DNA of 32,000 nucleotides from an uncultured archaeon (lineage in GTDB: Archaea > Iainarchaeota > Iainarchaeia > Iainarchaeales > DATDZZ01): positions 54,207 to 86,206 of the forward strand of contig CAYJVY010000002.1 of NCBI GenBank assembly GCA_964373795.1, given 5' to 3'. The first letter of the stretch is position 1. Each line of letters begins with the position of its first letter. Positions 16,525-24,609 of the stretch are shown one piece after another. The notes beneath the pieces are model-generated. The model was not told the origin of the DNA. It did not search any database and saw only the letters and a program-made list of their open reading frames with translations. The position numbers were made by a program, and so were the translations under genes.

Positions 16525-17685
16525 TTATTTTAATCTTCTAGCTACTCCAAGAGTAGCATCTACTTCAATTTTTTCTCCGTCCTTAAAAATTTTAGTTGCA
16601 AATTTTGCTCCAACAATGCAAGGCTTTCCTAACTCTCTTGAAACAATTGATGCATGACTTGTTATTCCTCCAACTTCGGTAACAATTGCAGCAGCTTTTT
16701 TAATTGCAGGCATTAAAGAAGGCGTTGTTTCAGTTGAAACAAGTATTTCGCCTTCCATCATTTCATTCATTTTTTCTATACAATCTTTTTGTCCAAAAAA
16801 AATTTTCCTAACTCTTCCAATTGCTTTTCCAAGATTAGCAATTTTTCCTTTAACTTCACTAATTTTTTTGAAATCAATTTTGGGAAAAAAATCTTCTTCA
16901 AATTGTTTTGCTTTTTCTCGTGTTAAAACTTTTTTTCCATTAATTGTTTGCACTGCAACAAAATAATTCAACCTTTTATTCACTTCAATAGAAAAATGGT
17001 TTCTAAGAATCAAATTATCTATTTCTTTAATCGTGCATGACTCGACTTGATTAATTGACTTGTTAAAGCGTTTAGCTATTTCTTTTAATAAAACATACCC
17101 ACTTGAAATCGACTTTTCCAATTTCATTCTTAATTTAAAATGAAATTTTCCAAGAACATTTAATGATTCAATTAACTCACAAGTTTTTTTACTTAAATGA
17201 AGTTGTTTTACTTTAGACGAATCTTTTAACAATGCAGTTAAATGAGTTTTCAAGCCTTTTTCTTTTAATCCTTGAACTATTTTTTCTTCAATTAATTCTG
17301 ACATCCAAGGCTCTGTTAAAGCATAAAAACTCAGCATTTTTTTGTAGACCTTAAAAGACTTGTTAAAAAATACATGCAATTTTTTGTTGTCAAGTTTTCC
17401 AATTTTTTCTTTCACCATATTTTTTTCAAAAAAATTTAATGCAAAGTCAAAAAACTTGTTTATTTTTTTAAAAAGAGTTTTATAACGATTTTTATTTGAA
17501 TAAATTTTCAAACCGTTTTCATAAGCTTTTTGAAGAGATTTCTTACTATAAAAAGTTGTGGTTATTCCATTTCGAAAAATAAATACACTACTTATCTCGG
17601 ATTTTGATGGCGCGAACTCAATTAAGTCAATCCAAATTAATGGAAAAAGTCCTTCTTCCCACATTAATTCATATTCTTGCTTCAT
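16525..17685 (-). CDS. PEP-utilising-enzyme mobile (phosphohistidine swivel) domain protein with an unknown N-terminal region
   Basis: The C-terminal ~80 aa (GEILVSTETTPSLMPAIKKAAAIVTEVGGITSHASIVSRELGKPCIVGA) is the swivel-domain signature with the phospho-His. The N-terminal ~300 aa are unassigned, and I recognise no ATP-grasp or TIM PEP-binding domain. Confidence 0.7.
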   Translation of the reverse strand: MKQEYELMWEEGLFPLIWIDLIEFAPSKSEISSVFIFRNGITTTFYSKKSLQKAYENGLKIYSNKNRYKTLFKKINKFFDFALNFFEKNMVKEKIGKLDNKKLHVFFNKSFKVYKKMLSFYALTEPWMSELIEEKIVQGLKEKGLKTHLTALLKDSSKVKQLHLSKKTCELIESLNVLGKFHFKLRMKLEKSISSGYVLLKEIAKRFNKSINQVESCTIKEIDNLILRNHFSIEVNKRLNYFVAVQTINGKKVLTREKAKQFEEDFFPKIDFKKISEVKGKIANLGKAIGRVRKIFFGQKDCIEKMNEMMEGEILVSTETTPSLMPAIKKAAAIVTEVGGITSHASIVSRELGKPCIVGAKFATKIFKDGEKIEVDATLGVARRLK

Positions 17686-17753
17686 TCAAATCAAACTAAT
17701 AATTAGATAACATAAATTTAAATTAAATGGATGCACAATTAGTTTGAAAACAA

Positions 17754-18491
17754 ATGTTTAAATCAAAACCATTAAAAAAAGGGCAAACCCCTGGACATGG
17801 AAGAAGTTATAGAATTGTTTTACCTAGAAATCCAGAAAAATATGTTGAGCCAAGAGAGAGAAAGATTAGGGAATTTTTTGCAAGGACTGACTTAATTGGA
17901 AGAATTCCTTCATATGCTTGGAGAAGAAGACTAGGAATTCCAAAAAAAATTGACAACATCGTATTTGTTTGCATAGGAAATACTGGAAGAAGTTTTGCAG
18001 CAGCAAAATTAATGCAACAAAAATTACGGCAACTAGGATTAAATGTAAAAGTAGAATCAATGGGTTTATCTGCTAAAATTGATAGTCCAGCAGAAAAAGG
18101 CGCAGCAGATTATTTAAGACAACAAGGAATTTCAGAAGAAGAAATTAGTGCTCATAAAGCAAAAAATTGGGTTTACAGCGAAGAAGCAAACCCTTTACTT
18201 GACAAGGTTGCAAGTTCAGGAATAATAATTACACTTGGAGCAGGAATAAAACATGGCTTGCTAGACGGATTACTACCAGGAGATAAAGAATTAAAGAAAA
18301 GAATTTATACTTTAAGAGGAATTGTCACAGGAAAAGAATCATGGGAATGGAGAAAAAGAAAAATGGCTAGGCTTCAAACCCCAGACCCATTTTTTGAAGC
18401 AGAAAAAAGAAAACAATTAGCGCCACAAGAAATTGATTTTTTAGTTCATGAATTAATTAATGTTCTTGGACCAACAATACAGAGAAAATAA
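17754..18491 (+). CDS. Low-molecular-weight protein-tyrosine phosphatase / ArsC-like family protein with N- and C-terminal extensions
   Basis: CX5R(S) P-loop IVFVCIGNTGRSFAA and a DP(F/Y) acid loop (TPDPFF). A ~65-aa basic N-terminal extension is not typical of ~150-aa LMW-PTPs. Confidence 0.7.
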   Translation: MFKSKPLKKGQTPGHGRSYRIVLPRNPEKYVEPRERKIREFFARTDLIGRIPSYAWRRRLGIPKKIDNIVFVCIGNTGRSFAAAKLMQQKLRQLGLNVKVESMGLSAKIDSPAEKGAADYLRQQGISEEEISAHKAKNWVYSEEANPLLDKVASSGIIITLGAGIKHGLLDGLLPGDKELKKRIYTLRGIVTGKESWEWRKRKMARLQTPDPFFEAEKRKQLAPQEIDFLVHELINVLGPTIQRK

Positions 18492-18509
18492 TCACTCTTT
18501 ATAAAGTAA

Positions 18510-18736
18510 GACTTTGGCAATTGTCGAATTCTGAAAAACTATTTTAAAATCGTTATCCAAAATTTACTTATGAAAAAGATTTTTATACAGTTCCTTACTA
18601 ATCTTACTTATAAGATTCAAATAAAATTTTCACTGCAGACAAATCAATAATTCAATACAAAATAGGTCCTTTAAAGCAAAATAAAATTAAAGAAGTCGAA
18701 GAACAACTAATAAAAATATTCACAATAACTAATTAA
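18510..18736 (+). pseudogene. Degraded MazF/PemK-type toxin remnant (C-terminal part, frameshifted)
   Basis: The frame from 18614 reads DSNKIFTADKSIIQYKIGPLKQNKIKEVEEQLIKIFTITN-stop. This resembles the family's C-terminal (I)RT(I)DKSR(L)..KIG.L....(M)..V..AL pattern. It has no start codon and is preceded by TAA. A different frame carries the upstream part. Only ~240 nt are available, against ~330 nt for a full gene. Confidence 0.45.
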
Positions 18737-19234
18737 CTAATTTTTTATTAATTTACTCAGCAAAGTTTTAATGCTTTTTTTTAAAATCGGATGAATAAAA
18801 TTTGGAGCAATTTCGTTCAAAGGTTGTAAAACAAATTCTCTTTGATTCATTTTAGGATGAGGTACCACAAGCGAACCACTATTAATTGCTTCATTGTTGA
18901 AAAAAAGAATGTCTAAATCAATTTCTCTTGGCCCGTATTTAAATCTCTTTTTTCTTCCAATCTTTTTTTCCAGGCCTTGCAAAAAAAAAAGCAACTCTTT
19001 TGCACCAAGACTTGTTTCGACTTGGATTACTGCATTCAAAAAATTTGGCTGTTTTTCAAAATACATTGGCTTTGATTCAATAAAAGAAGATGTTGAAACA
19101 ACTTTACATTTTTCTGAAATTAGTTTAATTGCTTTTTCCAGATTTTGTTTTTTGTTTCCAAGATTTGACCCTAAAGCAATGAAAACTTTATTTTTCTTTA
19201 TAAAACTCCACCCCAACTGCTTTAACTCTTCCAT
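18737..19234 (-). CDS. folK: 2-amino-4-hydroxy-6-hydroxymethyldihydropterin pyrophosphokinase (HPPK)
   Basis: VFIALGSNLGN, GPREIDLDILFF, LVVPHPKMNQREFVLQPL. It ends in a TAG stop. The annotated ATG overlaps folB by 47 nt, so the start is uncertain. Confidence 0.8.
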   Translation of the reverse strand: MEELKQLGWSFIKKNKVFIALGSNLGNKKQNLEKAIKLISEKCKVVSTSSFIESKPMYFEKQPNFLNAVIQVETSLGAKELLFFLQGLEKKIGRKKRFKYGPREIDLDILFFNNEAINSGSLVVPHPKMNQREFVLQPLNEIAPNFIHPILKKSIKTLLSKLIKN

Positions 19235-19547
19235 TCAACACTTCAGGTTTTGAAATTCTTAATCCTACTTTTTTTGCTAAAGAGAATTCTTGAAAAAGTT
19301 TTAGCAAAATTTCATTTCCAAGAGATTCAATTAATGAAAACTTTTTAGAAGAAACAATTTTTTCAATCAAATTATATACATCTGAATAACTTATTGTGTC
19401 TTCAAGCTTTTCAGAAGAAATTGCTTTGCACGAATCAAACTCTAATCTTAAATCAATTAAAATTTCTTGCGTTCTCTTTTTCTCTTTAGGATTCACTCCT
19501 AGGAAACCTTGAAATTTTGCCTTTTCTAAAAAAATTGTTGTTTTCAT
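19188..19547 (-). CDS. folB: Dihydroneopterin aldolase
   Basis: 119 aa. FLGVNPKEKKRTQEILIDLRLEFD and ISYSDVYNLIEKIV..FSLIESL fit the FolB pattern. It has an ATGA overlap with the folP stop. Confidence 0.7.
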   Translation of the reverse strand: MKTTIFLEKAKFQGFLGVNPKEKKRTQEILIDLRLEFDSCKAISSEKLEDTISYSDVYNLIEKIVSSKKFSLIESLGNEILLKLFQEFSLAKKVGLRISKPEVLNGRVKAVGVEFYKEK

Positions 19548-20371
19548 GCTTTCATCACTTCATCAACTATTTGCATTGATTTTTTTAATTCTTTTACGTC
19601 GTGCACACGAACAATATTTGCTCCATTTAATACAGCTAATACATTTGAAGCAATAGTTCCTTCCAAGCGTTCATTAACTGGTGCTCCAGTAATTAATCCA
19701 ATAAAAGATTTGCGAGAAGTGCCAATCAAAATAGGACAATCAAGTTTTTTAAATTCTTTTAGATGCTTAAGCAAAAGCAAGTTATGTTGCACAGTTTTTC
19801 CAAAGCCAATTCCAGGATCAATTATTGCCTGTTTTACGTCATGTTTTCTTGCAAGTGAAACTTGTTTTTTCAAAAAATTGAAAACTTCTTTTACAACATT
19901 TCTATAGCGAGGATTTTTCTGCATTGTTTTAGGAGAGCCTTTCATATGCATTATTATCACTGGAACTTGAAACTTTTTTGCAAGCATAAGAATTTTTTTA
20001 TTTCGCAAGCCAGTTACATCATTAATAATTGTTGCTCCGTTTAAAAGAGCTTGTTCAATTACTCTTGGTTGAAAAGAATCAATTGAAATTGGCACAGTTA
20101 ATTCTTTTGACAGTTCACGAATAACTGGAATTACTCTATTTAGTTCTTCTTGAATCGTAATTTGTTCTGCAAAAGGCCTAGTTGATTGCCCTCCAACATC
20201 AATTATGTCTGCTCCGTCTAAAACCATTTGCCTTGCATGAACAATTGCTTTTTGTTTTGAAAAAAATTTTCCGCCATCAGAAAAAGAATTAGGAGTAACA
20301 TTTAATACTCCCATAATTAATGTGCGATTTAAAGGCAAAACAAATTTTCCTGCTTTAATTTCTTTATTCAT
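19544..20371 (-). CDS. folP: Dihydropteroate synthase
   Basis: GVLNVTPNSFSDGG, DIIDVGGQSTRP, IIDPGIGFGK. Confidence 0.9.
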   Translation of the reverse strand: MNKEIKAGKFVLPLNRTLIMGVLNVTPNSFSDGGKFFSKQKAIVHARQMVLDGADIIDVGGQSTRPFAEQITIQEELNRVIPVIRELSKELTVPISIDSFQPRVIEQALLNGATIINDVTGLRNKKILMLAKKFQVPVIIMHMKGSPKTMQKNPRYRNVVKEVFNFLKKQVSLARKHDVKQAIIDPGIGFGKTVQHNLLLLKHLKEFKKLDCPILIGTSRKSFIGLITGAPVNERLEGTIASNVLAVLNGANIVRVHDVKELKKSMQIVDEVMKA

Positions 20372-20448
20372 AATTAGTTATTGAATTATTAAAACAAATA
20401 ATTAAATTCTTTTTCAACTAAAATTACAACAAATTAAGGAGAAAAAAA

Positions 20449-21402
20449 ATGGCTAAAGAATTTTTTGATGTTGCAATTGTAGGTGGAGGGTGTGTTGGGT
20501 TAGCTGCTGCAATGTATTCTGGGAGACTTGATTTAAAAACAATTATTTTTTCAGATATTCCAGGAGGATTAATTGTTTGGACAGACGTAGTTGAAAACTA
20601 TCCTGGGTTTAACAAGTTAACTGGTTTAGAGTTAATTGAAAAACTTAAAAACCATGCAATGGATTATAAAAAATTTATTACCTTTGAAGATGAAAAAGTA
20701 GAAGAAATTCAGAAAAAAAAAGATGGATATTTTTTACTAAAAGCAAGTGAAAAAGAATTTCAAGCTAAATCAGTAATTCTTGCAACTGGAACAAATGTAA
20801 AAGAATTAGAAGTTCCAGGGTATAAAGAATTCAAGCAAAGAGGAATTCAGTTCTGTGCCTTATGTGACGGAGCATTATTTAAAGGAAAAACAGTTGCAGT
20901 AATTGGGGGAAGTGATTCAGCTGCAAAAGAGGCGTTAGTGTTATCAAGATATGCAAAAAAAGTTTACATTATTTATAGAGGAAATCAAATCCATCCTGAG
21001 CCAATTAATGGACAAAGAGTTGCAGAAACTAAAAATATTGAGTTAATTATGAATTCAAATGTAACAGAGTTTGTTGGAGACAAAATGTTAAAAAAAATTA
21101 AATTAGACAAGCCATTCAATGGAAAAAATGAAATAGAATTAGAAGGAGTTTTCATTGCTATTGGACATATTCCTAGAAACGAATTAGCAAAACAGCTTGG
21201 CGTAAAATTAAATGAAAAAGAAGAAATAATTATTAATCGAAATTCTGAAACAAGTGTTCCAGGAGTTTTAGCAGCAGGAGACATTGTTGATACAAGATTT
21301 AAACAAGCAATTGTAGGAGTAGGAGAAGCAGTTTCAGCTGTTTACTCTGCATACAAATATATTTCAGAAAAAGAATCCATTAATTCAAGGAAAAAAAAAT
21401 GA
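20449..21402 (+). CDS. trxB: Thioredoxin-disulfide reductase
   Basis: FAD motif VAIVGGGCVGLAAA, redox CALCDG, NADPH motif VIGGSDSAAKEA, C-terminal AAGDI. SD AAGGAG lies upstream. Confidence 0.85.
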   Translation: MAKEFFDVAIVGGGCVGLAAAMYSGRLDLKTIIFSDIPGGLIVWTDVVENYPGFNKLTGLELIEKLKNHAMDYKKFITFEDEKVEEIQKKKDGYFLLKASEKEFQAKSVILATGTNVKELEVPGYKEFKQRGIQFCALCDGALFKGKTVAVIGGSDSAAKEALVLSRYAKKVYIIYRGNQIHPEPINGQRVAETKNIELIMNSNVTEFVGDKMLKKIKLDKPFNGKNEIELEGVFIAIGHIPRNELAKQLGVKLNEKEEIIINRNSETSVPGVLAAGDIVDTRFKQAIVGVGEAVSAVYSAYKYISEKESINSRKKK

Positions 21403-21971
21403 ATAGATTGGAAAAAATTCAATTAGAAGTAAAAAAATTGCATGAAGAAAGCAATGAAGGAGTAGCTAAATGGCTTTACAAAAGCCATGTATTAATTGTA
21501 GCCAATTATGCTAAACAAATTGCTGAAAAAAATAAAGCTAATTCAGAGCTATGCATTTTAGGAGCCTTATTTCATGACATTGCCAGATGTTGGGGAGTAT
21601 TTGACGAGCCACAATTAATGAATGAAAGCCTTGTCAAAGCAAAAGAATTAATGCAGGAAAATAATTATTCAGAAAAAGAAATTCAAACAGTAAAAGAAAT
21701 TATTTTAACACACAGCTGTAATGAAGAAATGCCTGAAACAGTTGAAGAAAAAGTTTTAGCTTCAGCTGATGCTTTAGCTCATTTCATGACTGATTTTTAT
21801 TTAGACTTAATTTTCTTTAAATGGATTGAACCAGCAGAAAAAATGGAAACTTTCAAGCCATGGGTTTTGAAAAAAATTGACAGAGACTTTAATAAAAAAA
21901 TCTTTTTTAAAGAATTCAAAGAACTTGCAAGAAAAAGATTTGAAGCACTGCAAACCCTTTTCTCAAACTAA
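21399..21971 (+). CDS. HD-domain metal-dependent phosphohydrolase
   Basis: H..(LGALF)HDIARC motif and a later D (ASADALAHF). It has an ATGA overlap with the trxB stop. Confidence 0.7.
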   Translation: MNRLEKIQLEVKKLHEESNEGVAKWLYKSHVLIVANYAKQIAEKNKANSELCILGALFHDIARCWGVFDEPQLMNESLVKAKELMQENNYSEKEIQTVKEIILTHSCNEEMPETVEEKVLASADALAHFMTDFYLDLIFFKWIEPAEKMETFKPWVLKKIDRDFNKKIFFKEFKELARKRFEALQTLFSN

Positions 21972-21979
21972 TTTTTAAG

Positions 21980-22363
21980 TCAAGCAATAAAAAGCTTCAA
22001 ATAAGAAATTTTCTTTATTTGCTGAAATTCCGAATACATTTTTTTTATTTGTTTTGACGAACCTTTCAACATGAAAATATCAATACAATCATTTTCGTCT
22101 AATTTGTTATGTAATTGAGACAAAATAATTTCATCAAATAAATGTTTAAGTTCGGTAAGTTTGTTTTCAATTAACTCACTGTGAATTACAATAATTACCG
22201 CAGAAATTTCGCCCGAAAGAACTGAAAGACTTTTGTTAGAAGTTAAAAGTTCTCTAATTGCAGCTTTAACAGTTTGGCTTCTTCCTTTAAAGCCAAAAAA
22301 GTTTTGAATTTTATCTAATTCATTCAAAGTTTCTTTATCCAAGGACAAGCTTACAATAGGCAT
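21980..22363 (-). CDS. NikR-like ribbon-helix-helix metal-responsive regulator
   Basis: N-terminal RHH (IVSLSLDKETLNELDKI..GFKGRSQTVKAAIRELL) plus a C-terminal ACT-like domain (VIIVIHSE...LHNKLDENDCIDIFMLKGSSKQIKK). The NikR His/Cys cluster is only partly retained. It is divergent from a ZIP transporter. Confidence 0.6.
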   Translation of the reverse strand: MPIVSLSLDKETLNELDKIQNFFGFKGRSQTVKAAIRELLTSNKSLSVLSGEISAVIIVIHSELIENKLTELKHLFDEIILSQLHNKLDENDCIDIFMLKGSSKQIKKMYSEFQQIKKISYLKLFIA

Positions 22364-22404
22364 CCGATCACTTTAATAAAACAGTTAAAAACAGTAAAAC
22401 AATA

Positions 22405-22433
22405 TTATTAACTTTCTATAAAAAAGTTAATAA
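22405..22433. promoter_or_regulatory. Perfect 11-bp inverted repeat (candidate operator) spanning a TATA-like box
   Basis: TTATTAACTTT (22405-22415), spacer CTATAAA, AAAGTTAATAA (22423-22433). It lies in the 100-nt divergent region between the NikR-like gene and the ZIP gene. Its centre is about 40 nt upstream of the ZIP ATG. Confidence 0.45.
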
Positions 22434-22463
22434 ACTGGTTGGTTCAAGATATCTTTGATTTGA

Positions 22464-23243
22464 ATGCCTGTAAACTATTTATTGCTTTTTGGAAGCATTT
22501 TAATTGTAAGTTTGATTTCCTTTATTGGAGCAATTACTTTAAGCATTAAAGAAAAATGGCTTGAAAAAATTCTTCCATTATTTGTTGCTTTTTCAGCCGG
22601 AGCATTATTTGGCGATGTGTTTATTCATTTATTGCCTGAAACATTTAAAGACTTTGGATTTGAAGTAAACATTTCATTATATATATTGCTTGGAATAGTT
22701 TTATTTTTTTTAATAGAAAAATTAATCCATTTTCAACATAAACATTCAATTCATTTTCAACATTACATTCACTCAACAGAATCTAAAAATGAAAAAATTC
22801 ATCCATTTAGTTATATGAATCTAGTTGGAGACGCAATTCACAACTTTGTTGATGGATTAGTAATTGCGGGAAGTTTTTTAGTTAGCCCAATTCAGGGAAT
22901 CACTACTTCAATTGCAGTAATATTGCACGAAGTTCCTCAAGAAATGGGCGATTTTGGAGTTTTATTAGCTGGCGGGTTTTCAAAAAAAAAAGCTTTAATG
23001 TTTAATTTTTTATCTGCATTAGCTGCTTTTCTTGGAGCAATAGTTGCATTAATTGCTTCAACTTACTTGGAAAACATTACAATGTTTTTCCTTCCATTCA
23101 CTGCAGGAGGATTTATTTACATTGCGGGATCAACTTTAATTCCTGAACTGCATAAAGAAACAAATCTTTTAAAATCATTTCTTCAATTAATTGCTTTTTT
23201 AATTGGAATAGCTTTAATGGCTTCACTGCTTTTAATTGAATAA
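22464..23243 (+). CDS. ZIP-family divalent metal transporter
   Basis: Multi-TM protein with the signature HEVPQEMGDFGVLL and a His-rich loop (HFQHKHSIHFQHYIH). Confidence 0.85.
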   Translation: MPVNYLLLFGSILIVSLISFIGAITLSIKEKWLEKILPLFVAFSAGALFGDVFIHLLPETFKDFGFEVNISLYILLGIVLFFLIEKLIHFQHKHSIHFQHYIHSTESKNEKIHPFSYMNLVGDAIHNFVDGLVIAGSFLVSPIQGITTSIAVILHEVPQEMGDFGVLLAGGFSKKKALMFNFLSALAAFLGAIVALIASTYLENITMFFLPFTAGGFIYIAGSTLIPELHKETNLLKSFLQLIAFLIGIALMASLLLIE

Positions 23244-23279
23244 AACAAAATTAAATAGTTTTTGCTTCTAAAGTTTTTA

Positions 23280-23345
23280 CCCAAATGATGAAATTGACGA
23301 TGACCCTGAAATGTTGATTTGATGAAAGATGGGCGAGCTGATGGG
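23280..23345 (+). ncRNA. C/D box sRNA (2'-O-methylation guide)
   Basis: C box ATGATGA (23285-23291), 14-nt guide AATTGACGATGACC, D' CTGA (23306-23309), 9-nt spacer, C' TTGATGA (23319-23325), 12-nt guide AAGATGGGCGAG, D box CTGA (23338-23341). A terminal stem is formed by CCCA (23280-23283) and TGGG (23342-23345). A TATA-like TTAAATAG sits at 23251-23258, about 25 nt upstream. The element is intergenic. Confidence 0.75.
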
Positions 23346-23349
23346 AAAA

Positions 23350-24003
23350 TTATTTCTTTAATGCATCAATTATTTTAATTAGTTCTCCAGGGGAATGAAT
23401 TACAAAATCAGCATCTAATTCCTCATGATTGTGTTGCCCCCAAGCAGTTGCAACAGTGGTTGCTTTAACTTGTTTTCCTGCAGCAATATCTTCTAGTCGA
23501 TCGCCAACAACCAAATGAATTTCTTTACAATCCTTTAACGCTTTTACAGCTAAATCTTTTTTAGAAAAAACTAATTCAGAAGAATTTCCATAAACATGAT
23601 CAAATAAATTTTTTATTTCTAAAACATTTAAGCATTCATCAATTAAGTCTTGAATTAAAAAAGTGAAAATCGAAAACTTTATTTCCGGATTTTCTTTCTT
23701 GATTTGCTTTAACACTTCTAACATGTTTTCCTGAAAAGCTTTTTCCTTTAATTCATTTACAATACTTAAATAGTGAAACAAAAAAAAGGTTGTCAAAATT
23801 CTGGTTTGCTTTTTTGAATCAGTTATTCCACAACGTTTTTTTATTTCATCTCTAATTGATTGAAAAATAATATGGCTTTTTTGTTGTTCTACAACCCATT
23901 CTCTAGAAAAATTCAATCCAAAAGATTTATTTCTTCTCACAGCTGCCTCTTCTGCAATAAATTTTTTAACAATAGTTCCATCCCAATCAAATACTATATG
24001 CAT
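23350..24003 (-). CDS. HAD-superfamily hydrolase
   Basis: Motif I FDWDGTIV and motif IV VVGDRLEDIAAG. Confidence 0.75.
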   Translation of the reverse strand: MHIVFDWDGTIVKKFIAEEAAVRRNKSFGLNFSREWVVEQQKSHIIFQSIRDEIKKRCGITDSKKQTRILTTFFLFHYLSIVNELKEKAFQENMLEVLKQIKKENPEIKFSIFTFLIQDLIDECLNVLEIKNLFDHVYGNSSELVFSKKDLAVKALKDCKEIHLVVGDRLEDIAAGKQVKATTVATAWGQHNHEELDADFVIHSPGELIKIIDALKK

Positions 24004-24065
24004 TCATCTCACAACAAAAAATACTGAAGAGCAATTTTAATTTGTTTCGCAAGAAAAATGCGTTA

Positions 24066-24608
24066 ATGAAAGTCATTGGTTTAACTGGATTAGCCAGAAG
24101 TGGAAAAGACACTGTTGCAAATTATTTAGTGGAAAAATATTCGTTCAAGCATTTCGATTTTTTCCGTGATACAATAATCCCTGAACTAGAAAAAAGAAAT
24201 TTAGAAATAACAAAACAAAATGGCTCTCAACTAGCTGGAAAATTAAGGCAAGAATTTGGATTAGGAGTTATTGCTGAAAAATTAATTGAAAGAATTGCAA
24301 AAGAAAATTTTAGTTCATTAAAAGGAGTAGTGATTACTGGATTTAGAGACACTAAAGAAGTCAAGTTATTGAAAAAAAAGTTTCCAAAATTAATGCTTAT
24401 TTTAATTGAAGCAGAAGCAGAGAAAAGATTTGACAGACGAGATGAAAAAACTCCTGCAAATAGAGAAATATTTTTTCAAAGAGATGAATTTGATTCAAAA
24501 ACATGGGGAATGCAAAAAGTTTTCAAGTTAGCAAAATTAAAAATAGAAAATAGTGGTTCTAAAGAAGATCTTTATAAGAAAATTGATTCAATATTGAAAA
24601 AAATTTGA
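24066..24608 (+). CDS. P-loop nucleotide kinase (dNMP-kinase / dephospho-CoA-kinase-like)
   Basis: Walker A VIGLTGLARSGKDTVANYL. I prefer the ATG at 24066 over the TTG at 24042 used by the ORF track. The subfamily is uncertain. Confidence 0.55.
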   Translation: MKVIGLTGLARSGKDTVANYLVEKYSFKHFDFFRDTIIPELEKRNLEITKQNGSQLAGKLRQEFGLGVIAEKLIERIAKENFSSLKGVVITGFRDTKEVKLLKKKFPKLMLILIEAEAEKRFDRRDEKTPANREIFFQRDEFDSKTWGMQKVFKLAKLKIENSGSKEDLYKKIDSILKKI

Positions 24609-24609
24609 G

